A program made the translations under genes and the position numbers. The notes beneath the pieces are model-generated. The model saw only the letters and a list, made by a program, of their open reading frames with translations, ran no database searches and had not been told where the DNA came from. Below, piece after piece: positions 19,479-27,890 of a DNA stretch of 64,000 nucleotides (the stretch's first letter is position 1; every line of letters starts with the position of its first letter). Source of the stretch: Candidatus Anstonellales archaeon (GTDB taxonomy: Archaea; Micrarchaeota; Micrarchaeia; Anstonellales; J096); NCBI GenBank assembly GCA_038890745.1, contig JAWAFD010000004.1, positions 65,633-129,632 of the forward strand. Direction: 5' to 3'.

Positions 19479-20042
19479 ATGCTTTCAGAATGGAGAAAAT
19501 TTAAAGGATGGCTGGTGCTGGAGTTTTTTTTCAAGAATCCGAACATGCAAATCCATTCAAGGGAACTGGCTAGAAGAACAGGTATAGCCCAAGCAACATG
19601 TACGCATTATTTCAAGGTTTATGAAAAAGAGGGAGTTTTAAAAAGCAGGCGCGTGGGGAACATTCAGCAGTATTGGCTTAACAATGAGGAAGAAATAGTA
19701 AAACAGCTTAAGAAACTCTGGTTTCTCTTGCTTATAGAAGAGAGCGGGTTTGTGGAAGAACTGACCAAAAAAAACAAAAATATTATTGAGGTTTATTTGT
19801 ATGGCAGCTACGCGAGTGGAGAATTTGCTGAGCAGAGCGATGTGGACCTTTTGATAATCGCGCAGGGTAAGGAATTTGACAGGACAGCTGTAGAAAGGTT
19901 TAGAAGAATTATCGGAAAGGAAATTCAGATACTAATGCTAAGCATTGGCGAGTGGAGGGCGCAGGTAAGGAAAAAAACCCCATTTAGTCAGTCTGTTTTG
20001 AGAAACCATGTGAAGCTGTTCGGGGGTGGTTTGAGTGAATGA
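19479..20042 (+). CDS. HTH-fused minimal nucleotidyltransferase (MNT) antitoxin
   Basis: N-terminal HTH RELARRTGIA; LYGSYASG..SDVDL. Confidence 0.85.
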   Translation: MLSEWRKFKGWLVLEFFFKNPNMQIHSRELARRTGIAQATCTHYFKVYEKEGVLKSRRVGNIQQYWLNNEEEIVKQLKKLWFLLLIEESGFVEELTKKNKNIIEVYLYGSYASGEFAEQSDVDLLIIAQGKEFDRTAVERFRRIIGKEIQILMLSIGEWRAQVRKKTPFSQSVLRNHVKLFGGGLSE

Positions 20043-20466
20043 TGAAGCCGAAGAGTGTTTGGAAAAAGGATATATAAGAAAACTGAGCCATGTGCCGAAA
20101 GAAAGAATAGATAGTGAAATAGCAGAGGCAGTAAATTTTCTTTCAGAGGCAAAAGAAATAATAGGCAAAACTCATGCCAATAAGTCCGCGTTCCTTGCTG
20201 CGTACCAATCCATGTTTCATTCAGCAAGGGCCCTTCTGCTCCTAAAAGGGTATAGCGAAAGAAGCCATTACTGTCTTGTAATTTTTACGAAAGCCATTTT
20301 CAGAGGCTCGGAGGTATACAGATATCTTGAAATGCTGGACTCCTATAGGGAGGTTAGGCATGGTGCCTCATATGGTGGGGCCTCACTATCGCGGGCAGAT
20401 GCCGAAGAGATAATAAAAGATGCTGAGAATTTCCTTAGGGTTGTTAAAGCATGTTTAAAGAAGTGA
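20035..20466 (+). CDS. HEPN domain protein (cognate toxin)
   Basis: AYQSMFHSARALL..ERSH and RHGASY motifs; overlaps the MNT gene. Confidence 0.85.
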   Translation: MNDEAEECLEKGYIRKLSHVPKERIDSEIAEAVNFLSEAKEIIGKTHANKSAFLAAYQSMFHSARALLLLKGYSERSHYCLVIFTKAIFRGSEVYRYLEMLDSYREVRHGASYGGASLSRADAEEIIKDAENFLRVVKACLKK

Positions 20467-20470
20467 GAAC

Positions 20471-21559
20471 GTGGGCGTCGGAATACTTGAAAAAATAAAG
20501 GCGATTGAGGAGGAGATTGCGAGGACCCAAAAGAACAAAGCAACAGAGCATCATCTAGGGCTATTGAAGGCAAAACTCGCAAAGCTCAGACGGGCCCTTC
20601 TTGCTCCCAAAAAATCCGGAGGAGCTGGGTATGATGTTAAAAAAACAGGAGACGCAACAGTTTCCATAATCGGTTTTCCATCTGTTGGAAAATCAACCCT
20701 CCTTAACGCGCTTACGGGCGCAAAGAGCAAAACAGCACCGTATGAATTCACAACCCTTTCAGCAATTCCGGGCGGGCTGATATACAAAGGAGCAGAGATT
20801 CAGGTTTTAGACCTTCCCGGAATAATACAGGGGGCAAAGGATGGAAGGGGAAGGGGTAGGGAGGTGATAGGGGTTGCGAGAAAATCAGACCTTTTGTTAA
20901 TCCTTATCGACCCATTCTCTCTTTGGCAGTACAAAATAATCTTGGATGAGCTAAACGCTTGCGGAATAAGAATAAATGAAAAACCACCAAATATAGTTAT
21001 AGAAAAAAAATCAACCGGCGGGATTACCGCTGTTTGGACGTGCAAACAAAAAGGAATGAGCATGAATGAAGTGCAAGGGGTCCTTCAAGAATATGGGATA
21101 CATAATGCAAATGTTATATTCCATGAGCCCGGGAGCGTTGATAGGCTGATAGATGCAATAGAGAAGAACAGGGCATACATCCCCGCTATAGTTGTCCTAA
21201 CGAAGGTTGACCTGCTAAGCGATAAAGGAAGAGAGGAAATAAAAAAACAGATAGGCGAGTACGTTCCGGTTTCGGCCATGACTGGAGAAGGGATAGAAGA
21301 ATTAAAAGAAAAAATTTTCTCCCATATTGGATTCATAAGAATATACACAAAGGATGATTTTGGGAAGGTTGCGGATAAACCAATGGTGCTGAAAAAGGGA
21401 GCCAGGGTTGAGGATGTTTGCAGGCGGATCCACACCTCTTGGATTGAGAATTTTAGGTATGCGCTTGTTTGGGGAAAAAGCGTAAGGTTTCCTGGCCAGA
21501 GGGTTGGGCTTGACCATGTTTTAGAGGATGGGGATGTTGTGAGGATAGTAACAAAATAG
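20471..21559 (+). CDS. DRG/Rbg1 family GTPase with TGS domain
   Basis: TQKNKATEHH, GFPSVGKST, YEFTT, DLPG, GQRVGLDHVLEDGD. Confidence 0.95.
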   Translation: MGVGILEKIKAIEEEIARTQKNKATEHHLGLLKAKLAKLRRALLAPKKSGGAGYDVKKTGDATVSIIGFPSVGKSTLLNALTGAKSKTAPYEFTTLSAIPGGLIYKGAEIQVLDLPGIIQGAKDGRGRGREVIGVARKSDLLLILIDPFSLWQYKIILDELNACGIRINEKPPNIVIEKKSTGGITAVWTCKQKGMSMNEVQGVLQEYGIHNANVIFHEPGSVDRLIDAIEKNRAYIPAIVVLTKVDLLSDKGREEIKKQIGEYVPVSAMTGEGIEELKEKIFSHIGFIRIYTKDDFGKVADKPMVLKKGARVEDVCRRIHTSWIENFRYALVWGKSVRFPGQRVGLDHVLEDGDVVRIVTK

Positions 21560-21567
21560 GTGAGAAG

Positions 21568-21834
21568 ATGCCACCTCAAAATGAAATAAAAGAAGTAATA
21601 GAATGGTGCGAAAAAAGAAAGCTTGAAACAAAAAGGGTAGTGCTTATAGAGAAAAACATCTTTAGGGAAAGGTTCGGCTGGACATTTAGGTTTCCTTTTA
21701 TAGAAATAGACAGACCGTTAGAGGTTGCGAGCAAATTCAATTTAGTTTATGACTCAACGACAAAAACCTTATGGCATTTCCTTAACGGAAACTGGAGAAA
21801 AATAGAGCCGGATTTTGAGGTGAGAAAAAGCTAA
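21568..21834 (+). CDS. Hypothetical protein
   Basis: ORF preceded by GGTGA; no motif recognised. Confidence 0.6.
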   Translation: MPPQNEIKEVIEWCEKRKLETKRVVLIEKNIFRERFGWTFRFPFIEIDRPLEVASKFNLVYDSTTKTLWHFLNGNWRKIEPDFEVRKS

Positions 21835-21881
21835 AGAAAAGGTATTTAAATGTTTGAATACAAAATATTGATGGTGGGAAG

Positions 21882-22154
21882 ATGGCTCACAGAAGAAGGG
21901 AGAGAAGAGGAGAATTGGAGAAAGGAGAACCAGATGTTAAACAAATTCTTTCTCAGATAGAAAAAGAGCTTGGGCTTAGGGTACCTTCTCGCAGAGAAAT
22001 TGAAGAGTACGAAATTGCTGCGCTCACAAAGAGAATAAAAGACGCAACCGGCGCAATATCTGAGACAGCGTATAGAAAAGGGTATGAAGATGCGAAAAAG
22101 CTTGCTGCCCTGCTGGACAAAGGAGACTCTAAGTATCTGAACAGGTGGGGTTGA
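21882..22154 (+). CDS. Hypothetical protein
   Basis: ORF preceded by GGTGG; no motif recognised. Confidence 0.55.
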   Translation: MAHRRRERRGELEKGEPDVKQILSQIEKELGLRVPSRREIEEYEIAALTKRIKDATGAISETAYRKGYEDAKKLAALLDKGDSKYLNRWG

Positions 22155-22158
22155 TAGA

Positions 22159-22512
22159 ATGGGAGCATTTGATAAGGTAAGCGAGGAAGCGAAAAAAGCG
22201 ATGGTTGCTGTCTGGAAAACCATGAACCCTGAAGATAAGATGCATTTTGTAAATCAGGTTGCGCTTGCGCTTAGCATATGGGGAGATGATGAGAAGGGAA
22301 AAGAGATGGTCGCTTTGATTATGGAAAAACTTGTTGAGGATGGAAGCAAAAACCTTGCGGATTTTGGCCTTTATATAGAATGGTTCCTAAGATCGGGTGG
22401 GGAGGAAATATACAGAGCTAAGGCTGAAAAAGCGAAGAGAGCTGTTCTTGTGATAGATGGATACAGGATAAAGCACGGCCTGCCTTCCGAGCCGCAAAAA
22501 ACAATTCTCTAA
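22159..22512 (+). CDS. Hypothetical protein
   Basis: ORF 4 nt after the previous stop; predicted helical; no motif recognised. Confidence 0.6.
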   Translation: MGAFDKVSEEAKKAMVAVWKTMNPEDKMHFVNQVALALSIWGDDEKGKEMVALIMEKLVEDGSKNLADFGLYIEWFLRSGGEEIYRAKAEKAKRAVLVIDGYRIKHGLPSEPQKTIL

Positions 22513-22515
22513 AAT

Positions 22516-23832
22516 TTAAACTGCAAAAGCGAGCACCCCAACATCCTGCGCGCTTCCCTTCACGATAAAACCATCCTTTTCTTTATAAACATTCATATTC
22601 TTTTTGGCAGCTCTCGCAATATTCTGTGCGGTTTTTCTGCAGTCCCCGTTCGAAAGTTCGAAAAACCATTTTTCAGAGTAGGCATCAACGATTTTACCCT
22701 CCTCTTCTTTAAAGGGTGCGTTCATCCAAACCCCCTTGTTCACTGCAACTAACATATCAAAACCAGATAGGTCAAGAGAAAAAAGGTTTGTTTTTCCAAG
22801 CTTGAATTCCCTATGAAGCACTTTCATAACATCTTTTCCGTTTATTTTCTGCGAAAATCCTCCTAGATAAGCAAAAGGAATTCCCATCTCTTTTAAGAAC
22901 TCATTTTTTGCTATCTTCTCTCCTAGTTCTACCAAACCAGAGATTCCATCATCTGTTGTAAAACATCGTGAGAATCCGGAAATTCCATAAAGCCTTTGGT
23001 TGCCTACTTTCAAAACAACCGCCCGGTCCCCAAGAACAAATCCCGCAAGCGCCTCGCATCCTCCATCGAATTTTTCACTTATCCGCGCATCCGCCTCCTT
23101 AGCAAAACTTTCAAGCAAACCAAGCCCGTTCGCTTCCTCTGGTTTTTCTCCAAAAAGCTCAACATAAGATTTGAAAATATCCAAAGCAAATGAAGAGATC
23201 TCATGCTCCCTTGCCTTACCCTCCTTTATCCCATCGAAAATTCCGAATGCAACAATCCTTTGCCTCTTAAAATACATTTCCTGGAAGAGTAGGCTTACGG
23301 ATGACCTGCTCATCCTCTTTTTTCTCGGCTTTTTCTCAACTATTGCATACGCGTTGTTGAATTCCGTCCCTCTCTCTTCACTTTTTACCACATCCCTGCC
23401 GTATATTTCGATACCCTCAGACATAAGAAGGGAGTTTACATCCACCCTTTCAGCAATATTAAAAAGTAATTTTGCTTTTTCCATGTATTTTTTTCTCAAT
23501 CTTTTTGAGTGTATGGAATGCCACTGGTACCCTTTTTTGTATATCGGGATAAGCTTCATTATTGTTCTTGCTTCTGTTCTCTTCGGGTCTATGTTATAGA
23601 TAGATATGAATTTTTCAAAATCCTTTCTATCCACCATCCTTTTTTCAAAATCCTTACCGACGACCCTAGCGAGTATTCCGGTGTACTGCACATCAGAAAG
23701 TACCTTTTCTGCATAGCTTGCTATTGTTGCAACAGACAGCCCCTCGGTTATTCTCTCCTCATTTTTAAATTCATTTTTTGTTTTTTCTGGCCTATGCTCT
23801 TCGTAAATTTCTTTTCTGAAGGAAACTGGCAT
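22516..23832 (-). CDS. Protein with degenerate PP2C/PPM phosphatase-like C-terminal domain
   Basis: FGIFDG, KVGNQRLY, FTTDD, LVAVNKGVW, QDVGVL in PP2C motif order with several Asp replaced. Confidence 0.55.
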   Translation of the reverse strand: MPVSFRKEIYEEHRPEKTKNEFKNEERITEGLSVATIASYAEKVLSDVQYTGILARVVGKDFEKRMVDRKDFEKFISIYNIDPKRTEARTIMKLIPIYKKGYQWHSIHSKRLRKKYMEKAKLLFNIAERVDVNSLLMSEGIEIYGRDVVKSEERGTEFNNAYAIVEKKPRKKRMSRSSVSLLFQEMYFKRQRIVAFGIFDGIKEGKAREHEISSFALDIFKSYVELFGEKPEEANGLGLLESFAKEADARISEKFDGGCEALAGFVLGDRAVVLKVGNQRLYGISGFSRCFTTDDGISGLVELGEKIAKNEFLKEMGIPFAYLGGFSQKINGKDVMKVLHREFKLGKTNLFSLDLSGFDMLVAVNKGVWMNAPFKEEEGKIVDAYSEKWFFELSNGDCRKTAQNIARAAKKNMNVYKEKDGFIVKGSAQDVGVLAFAV

Positions 23833-23892
23833 GCCCCAAAAGTGAATGAAAAAATTTAAAAACATTCTTTTCGAAGCATTCCCGGTGAGAGT

Positions 23893-25266
23893 ATGCCGGC
23901 AAAGGATGTTTTAGATAGGATAGCATCTTCAGGAATAAAATGGCTCTACCTTGAGTTTGTTGATGTTCTGGGTTATTCCCATTCTGTGGGTGTGCCTTCG
24001 CATGGAGTTTCTGAGGAGGAGCTGGAGAGAGGGGTTTCACGCTCTGATGTTGGGTCTGTTTTTAATGACCATGAGGAGCTTTTCCTAAAGCCAGACCTTG
24101 ACACATTCGCATTCATTCCCTGGATGGATTCTGCATCTAGGATGATATGCAACATCTACACGCAAAAAGAGGAGTTTTATCTAAAAGACCCTCGGTATAT
24201 TTTACAAAGAGCAGTTAAGAACGCTGCGGCCGCAGGTTTTGATGTGAAGGTTGGAAGCGAGATTGAGTTCTACTTTTTCGATGGTGTTGCGGTCGATAAG
24301 ATAAATCCTGAGAGAGGGCCGAGCGTTATGCTGGATACAAGAGAGGCAAAATGGAATCCCTCCCCTCTTGTAAACTGGGATAAAGCAAGCTTGATTTCTG
24401 CCCCTTTTGATACATACCACATCCTCAGGTCAGAAATACTTAATGTTATGAATGACAACTTTCATGTTTCAGTAGAATCCCATGGGCACGGGGACGGTCC
24501 AACGGGACAGCAGCATGTTTCCCTTCCGCCATTTTCCCTTCTTGACAGCGCAGATTACCTCCTAACTTTCAAAAACGCAGTTAAGAACATTTCTATAATG
24601 TCAAATGTTTTTGCAACATTCATGCCACTCCCTGTTTTTAGGGAAGCCGGAAGCTCCCTGCGCGTGAACATAAGTTTGTGGGAGGGCGAAAAGAATGTTT
24701 TCTATGATGCAAAAAACGAGTACGCAAATCTGAGCTCTGCTGGTAGGTATTTTATAGGAGGAATCCTTGAGCATGCGTCCGCACTTTGCGTTTTCACCAA
24801 CCCATCTACAAACTCATACAAAAGGCTTGCTGCCTCTCCAAAATACATAATGTGGAGTGCGAAAAATAAGGATGCTGTCGCGTATGTTCCTGTAAGACAC
24901 GGAGAGGCAGAGGATAGGAAAAGAATAACATTAACATTCCCAGACCCGCTTGCAAACCCATACCTTGCGTATGCAGCTATAGTTGCTGCCGGGCTTGATG
25001 GCATAAAGAAAAAAATTGACCCGGGCGACCCTGTTGATGCTGATGTTTCGACCATGCTTTCTAAAGAGAGGAGAAAGCTCGGGGTTAAGGAACTGCCGAG
25101 TAATCTTATGGAAGCGATCGCCTTTTTGGAAGCGGATAATGAATTCTTAAAGGGAACATTCTCTTCTGATATAATCGCAGATTACCTTGAAAACAAAATA
25201 AAAGAGCACAGGGAAAACGAGTTAAGGCCGACGAGCTATGAGTTCCAAAAATACTTCAACCTCTAG
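23893..25266 (+). CDS. Glutamine synthetase type I-like protein, probably catalytically inactive
   Basis: Full GS scaffold (DPR, SEIEFYFF, ATFMP, NSYKRL, FPDPLANPYLA) but many ligand residues substituted. Confidence 0.8.
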   Translation: MPAKDVLDRIASSGIKWLYLEFVDVLGYSHSVGVPSHGVSEEELERGVSRSDVGSVFNDHEELFLKPDLDTFAFIPWMDSASRMICNIYTQKEEFYLKDPRYILQRAVKNAAAAGFDVKVGSEIEFYFFDGVAVDKINPERGPSVMLDTREAKWNPSPLVNWDKASLISAPFDTYHILRSEILNVMNDNFHVSVESHGHGDGPTGQQHVSLPPFSLLDSADYLLTFKNAVKNISIMSNVFATFMPLPVFREAGSSLRVNISLWEGEKNVFYDAKNEYANLSSAGRYFIGGILEHASALCVFTNPSTNSYKRLAASPKYIMWSAKNKDAVAYVPVRHGEAEDRKRITLTFPDPLANPYLAYAAIVAAGLDGIKKKIDPGDPVDADVSTMLSKERRKLGVKELPSNLMEAIAFLEADNEFLKGTFSSDIIADYLENKIKEHRENELRPTSYEFQKYFNL

Positions 25267-25987
25267 CGGGAGAAAGATAATTGTTGGCTGTTGCGGGTTT
25301 GCATTAAACAAGAAAGAATATTTTAAAAGGTTTGAGGCGGTTGAGGTCCAAAACACTTTCTATACTATCCCAGCAAAGATGGATGTATTTAAGAAATGGA
25401 GAGAGGAGGCTCCGGAGAACTTTATCTTTACCCTAAAGGCTTGGCAGCTCATTACGCATGATCCATCCAGTCCCACATACAGAAAGCTTGGTATGAAAAT
25501 TCCAGAAGAGAAGCATAAGAATTACGGATTTTTCAAAAACACGCCAGAGGTTTTTATGGCGTGGAAAAGGACTGAGGAGGTCGCGAACGTATTGGATGCT
25601 AGAGTTGTTGTTTTCCAATCTCCGGCTTCCTTTAAGCCTAATCAGGAAAACATAGAAAATATGCGGCGCTTTTTTAGAAAAATAAAAAGAAAAAATTTTT
25701 TGTGTGCTTGGGAGCCAAGGGGGGAGTGGCAGGAGAAGAGTGTAAAAGGGTTGTGTGATGAATGCGGTATTATTCATTGTGTTGACCCATTTAAACAAAG
25801 GACAGTATCGCGCGGGATAAACTACTTCCGACTTCATGGAAAACCAGGGTATAACTTGAGGTATAGATATACGTTGGAGGATTTCGATGCTCTCGTTAGG
25901 TTTTGCGATAAAAAAGAAAATTATGTTTTCTTTAATGTCCTTTCCATGGCCGAGGATGCTGCTGGGTTTAAAAAATTCCTGCTTTGA
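25238..25987 (+). CDS. DUF72 family protein
   Basis: VGCCGF, VEVQNTFY, FTLKAWQLITH, WEPR, YFRLHG, YVFFN. Confidence 0.9.
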   Translation: MSSKNTSTSSGRKIIVGCCGFALNKKEYFKRFEAVEVQNTFYTIPAKMDVFKKWREEAPENFIFTLKAWQLITHDPSSPTYRKLGMKIPEEKHKNYGFFKNTPEVFMAWKRTEEVANVLDARVVVFQSPASFKPNQENIENMRRFFRKIKRKNFLCAWEPRGEWQEKSVKGLCDECGIIHCVDPFKQRTVSRGINYFRLHGKPGYNLRYRYTLEDFDALVRFCDKKENYVFFNVLSMAEDAAGFKKFLL

Positions 25988-26028
25988 TATGTTTTTATTT
26001 ATTTTTATTCTTAATTTTTAGTCCTTGA

Positions 26029-26142
26029 GGGCCCATAGTCGAGAGCCTTAAGCCCTGCTAACATTTGTCAGCTGAGGCCGACAATGGTTAAGACGCCACC
26101 CTTACAAGGTGGAGATCCCCAGTTCGATCCTGGGTGGGCCCA
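26029..26142 (+). tRNA. tRNA-Val(TAC) with 41-nt intron in the D-loop at 15/16 (intron 26044-26084)
   Basis: Removing 26044-26084 gives GGGCCCA TA GTCG AGTGGTTA AGAC G CCACC CTTACAA GGTGG AGATC CCCAG TTCGATC CTGGG TGGGCCC A; central helix GTCG/CGAC with AG^A and AA^T cut sites. Confidence 0.9.
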
Positions 26143-26145
26143 AAA

Positions 26146-26195
26146 GCCAGGGGGGGGCCTTAGCTTATTAGTTGACCCCCTAGCTTCAACCCCCT
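26146..26195. repeat. Degenerate single copy of the G5/C5 box unit found at 63597-63899
   Basis: CCAGGGGG-N19-GACCCCCT-N7-ACCCCCT versus CCAGGGGG-N18-GACCCCCT-N9-ACCCCC. Confidence 0.45.
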
Positions 26196-26212
26196 AATAG
26201 ATTAGATGTTTT

Positions 26213-26632
26213 TTATTCTTCTATTTCAAGAGGCAATCCTTTTTCCTCAAACCTTTTTTGCATGTTTTCCCAGTGCATCTGCCCTCTTTCTTTATTTTCC
26301 ATTTTTTTCATAAAATAAGCATGGACTTCGGAAATAATTTCTATATACGCCGCTGCTTCATCGGACTGCACAAGCACGTATGGTTTTAGCAATTCGATCA
26401 AAGCATCGAAATAAGCATTTCCTTTCCCCAGTTTATCGTTATCAACTTCTTTGCAGAACCATGCTGCAATTTCTTCAGCACTTTTTCCTTCCTCAACCAT
26501 TTTCTTTATCTGCTCTTTTATACTATCCACTTTCTTCTCCGCAACCTCCTTGAATTTTCCAAACTCTACTCCTCCATTCGGCCCAGGTTTTATTCCGGGT
26601 TTTCCTGTTGGTTTTTTTGTGTCTTTGAACAT
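26213..26632 (-). CDS. Hypothetical protein
   Basis: ORF with GGTGA upstream, lying between two tRNA genes. Confidence 0.6.
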   Translation of the reverse strand: MFKDTKKPTGKPGIKPGPNGGVEFGKFKEVAEKKVDSIKEQIKKMVEEGKSAEEIAAWFCKEVDNDKLGKGNAYFDALIELLKPYVLVQSDEAAAYIEIISEVHAYFMKKMENKERGQMHWENMQKRFEEKGLPLEIEE

Positions 26633-26718
26633 ACACTCACCAATGTATTTTTATGTTAAAATATGTTTAAATATCTTTCGTTTTGTTTTTAAATATTTCT
26701 TCATCAAAATACCATCCA

Positions 26719-26842
26719 GGGCCTGTAGCTCAGCCTGGTCAGAGCGCCGGACTCTTAATCCGGGTGTCGGGGGTTCGAAGAGCCCTTTTTGCTTCGCAAA
26801 AAGCGCTTCAGCGGAAAAGGTTCGGAAATCCCCCCAGGCCCG
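26719..26842 (+). tRNA. tRNA-Lys(CTT) with 49-nt intron in the T-loop at 59/60 (intron 26780-26828)
   Basis: Anticodon arm CCGGA-CTCTTAA-TCCGG; T arm GGGGG-TTCGAA^T-CCCCC after excision; BHB helix TTCG/CGGA with AA^G and AA^T bulges. Confidence 0.92.
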
Positions 26843-26853
26843 ATGGTGCGAAA

Positions 26854-27348
26854 ATGAGATACATAAAATACTCTTGGGAGGAAATAGAAAAGCTTACTGA
26901 AAAATTGGCCGAGAAAATAAAAAAGAGCGGTTTCAGGCCGGATTATTTAGTGGGCATTCTTCGCGGGGGATTGGTTCCGGCTAGGCTGCTATCGGATTTT
27001 TTGGACGATACGAAGATTTCGTTTATAGGCGTAGAGTTCTACAAAGGTATTGCAGAAACTAAGGATTCCCCAACCATTACTCAACCCATCCCGATTGATG
27101 TTAAGGGAAAGACTATTCTCCTTGTTGATGAGATTGCGGATACAGGAAAAAGCATCATGGTTGCTATAAATCATCTTAAAGAAAAGGGGGCCAAGGAGGT
27201 GAAGATTGCAGTTATAGATTATAGGTTCACATCAAAATTTAAGCCGGATTTTTATGCCCGGAAAATAAAAACAAAGGCATGGGTAATCTATCCTTGGATG
27301 AAAAAGGAAACAGAAAGACTGCTTAAGAAAAAGGTTGAGGAATTATGA
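26854..27348 (+). CDS. Purine phosphoribosyltransferase (Gpt/Hpt-like)
   Basis: GILRGG, PRPP loop ILLVDEIADTGKS, WVIYPW; start ATG 26854. Confidence 0.88.
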   Translation: MRYIKYSWEEIEKLTEKLAEKIKKSGFRPDYLVGILRGGLVPARLLSDFLDDTKISFIGVEFYKGIAETKDSPTITQPIPIDVKGKTILLVDEIADTGKSIMVAINHLKEKGAKEVKIAVIDYRFTSKFKPDFYARKIKTKAWVIYPWMKKETERLLKKKVEEL

Positions 27349-27881
27349 AGGCAGCGGGATACTGGATATACACAATAGCTATGCTTGTTTTTGCCCTACC
27401 TATATTTATAACTCCATTGATAGGACCTTCAAACCAAAAACTTTTTCTTTTTATGCATGAACTTTATGGCCCAACCTGCCACCAGCTGACCTCCCGTTCG
27501 CTTTGCTATTTTCCAGCAAACCTTACGATTACAAATTGTTTTCCAACCAATGAATTTAGTTTGAGTAAGCAGGCGATTGTAAAAAGGGAAGAGTTTGGCA
27601 CCGGCTACAAGTTTCCTGTTTGCGCAAGGGATGTTGGTGTGTATGGAGCAGCCCTTCTTTCAGCTCTTCTCTACCCATTGTTATTCAAAAAAGACAATCT
27701 GGAAATCCCACCGTTGATATTTTTCATAGTTGCGATTCTTCCGATGGCGATAGATGGAGGGATGCAGCTTATAGGAGTGTGGGAGAGCACAAACCCGTTA
27801 AGAGTTACAACCGGTGCAATAGCCGGATTTGCTATGACTTTCTACGCAATCCCTCTTTTAAACAGAATATTTAGAAAATAA
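27345..27881 (+). CDS. DUF2085 family membrane protein
   Basis: CHQLTSRS, PVCARD, PMAIDG, STNPLRVTTG. Confidence 0.85.
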   Translation: MKAAGYWIYTIAMLVFALPIFITPLIGPSNQKLFLFMHELYGPTCHQLTSRSLCYFPANLTITNCFPTNEFSLSKQAIVKREEFGTGYKFPVCARDVGVYGAALLSALLYPLLFKKDNLEIPPLIFFIVAILPMAIDGGMQLIGVWESTNPLRVTTGAIAGFAMTFYAIPLLNRIFRK

Positions 27882-27890
27882 AACAGAAAA

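Noticed and set aside
19390..20470. Flanking direct repeat around the first MNT-HEPN pair, like the one at ino1
   Set aside because: No matching repeat found by eye on the two sides
23893..25266. Calling the gene glnA, or calling it a pseudogene
   Set aside because: Catalytic residues are missing, so glnA is unsupported; there is no frameshift or internal stop, so pseudogene is also unsupported
26143..26718. Integrated element between tRNA-Val and tRNA-Lys
   Set aside because: No integrase and no duplicated tRNA 3' end; only one orphan ORF
14998..26746. Near-identical 5' halves of the two tRNA-Lys genes as an inverted repeat or att pair
   Set aside because: Expected similarity between isoacceptors; both genes are complete
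26683..26853. N-terminal extension of the PRTase ORF
   Set aside because: Runs through the tRNA-Lys(CTT) gene and its intron
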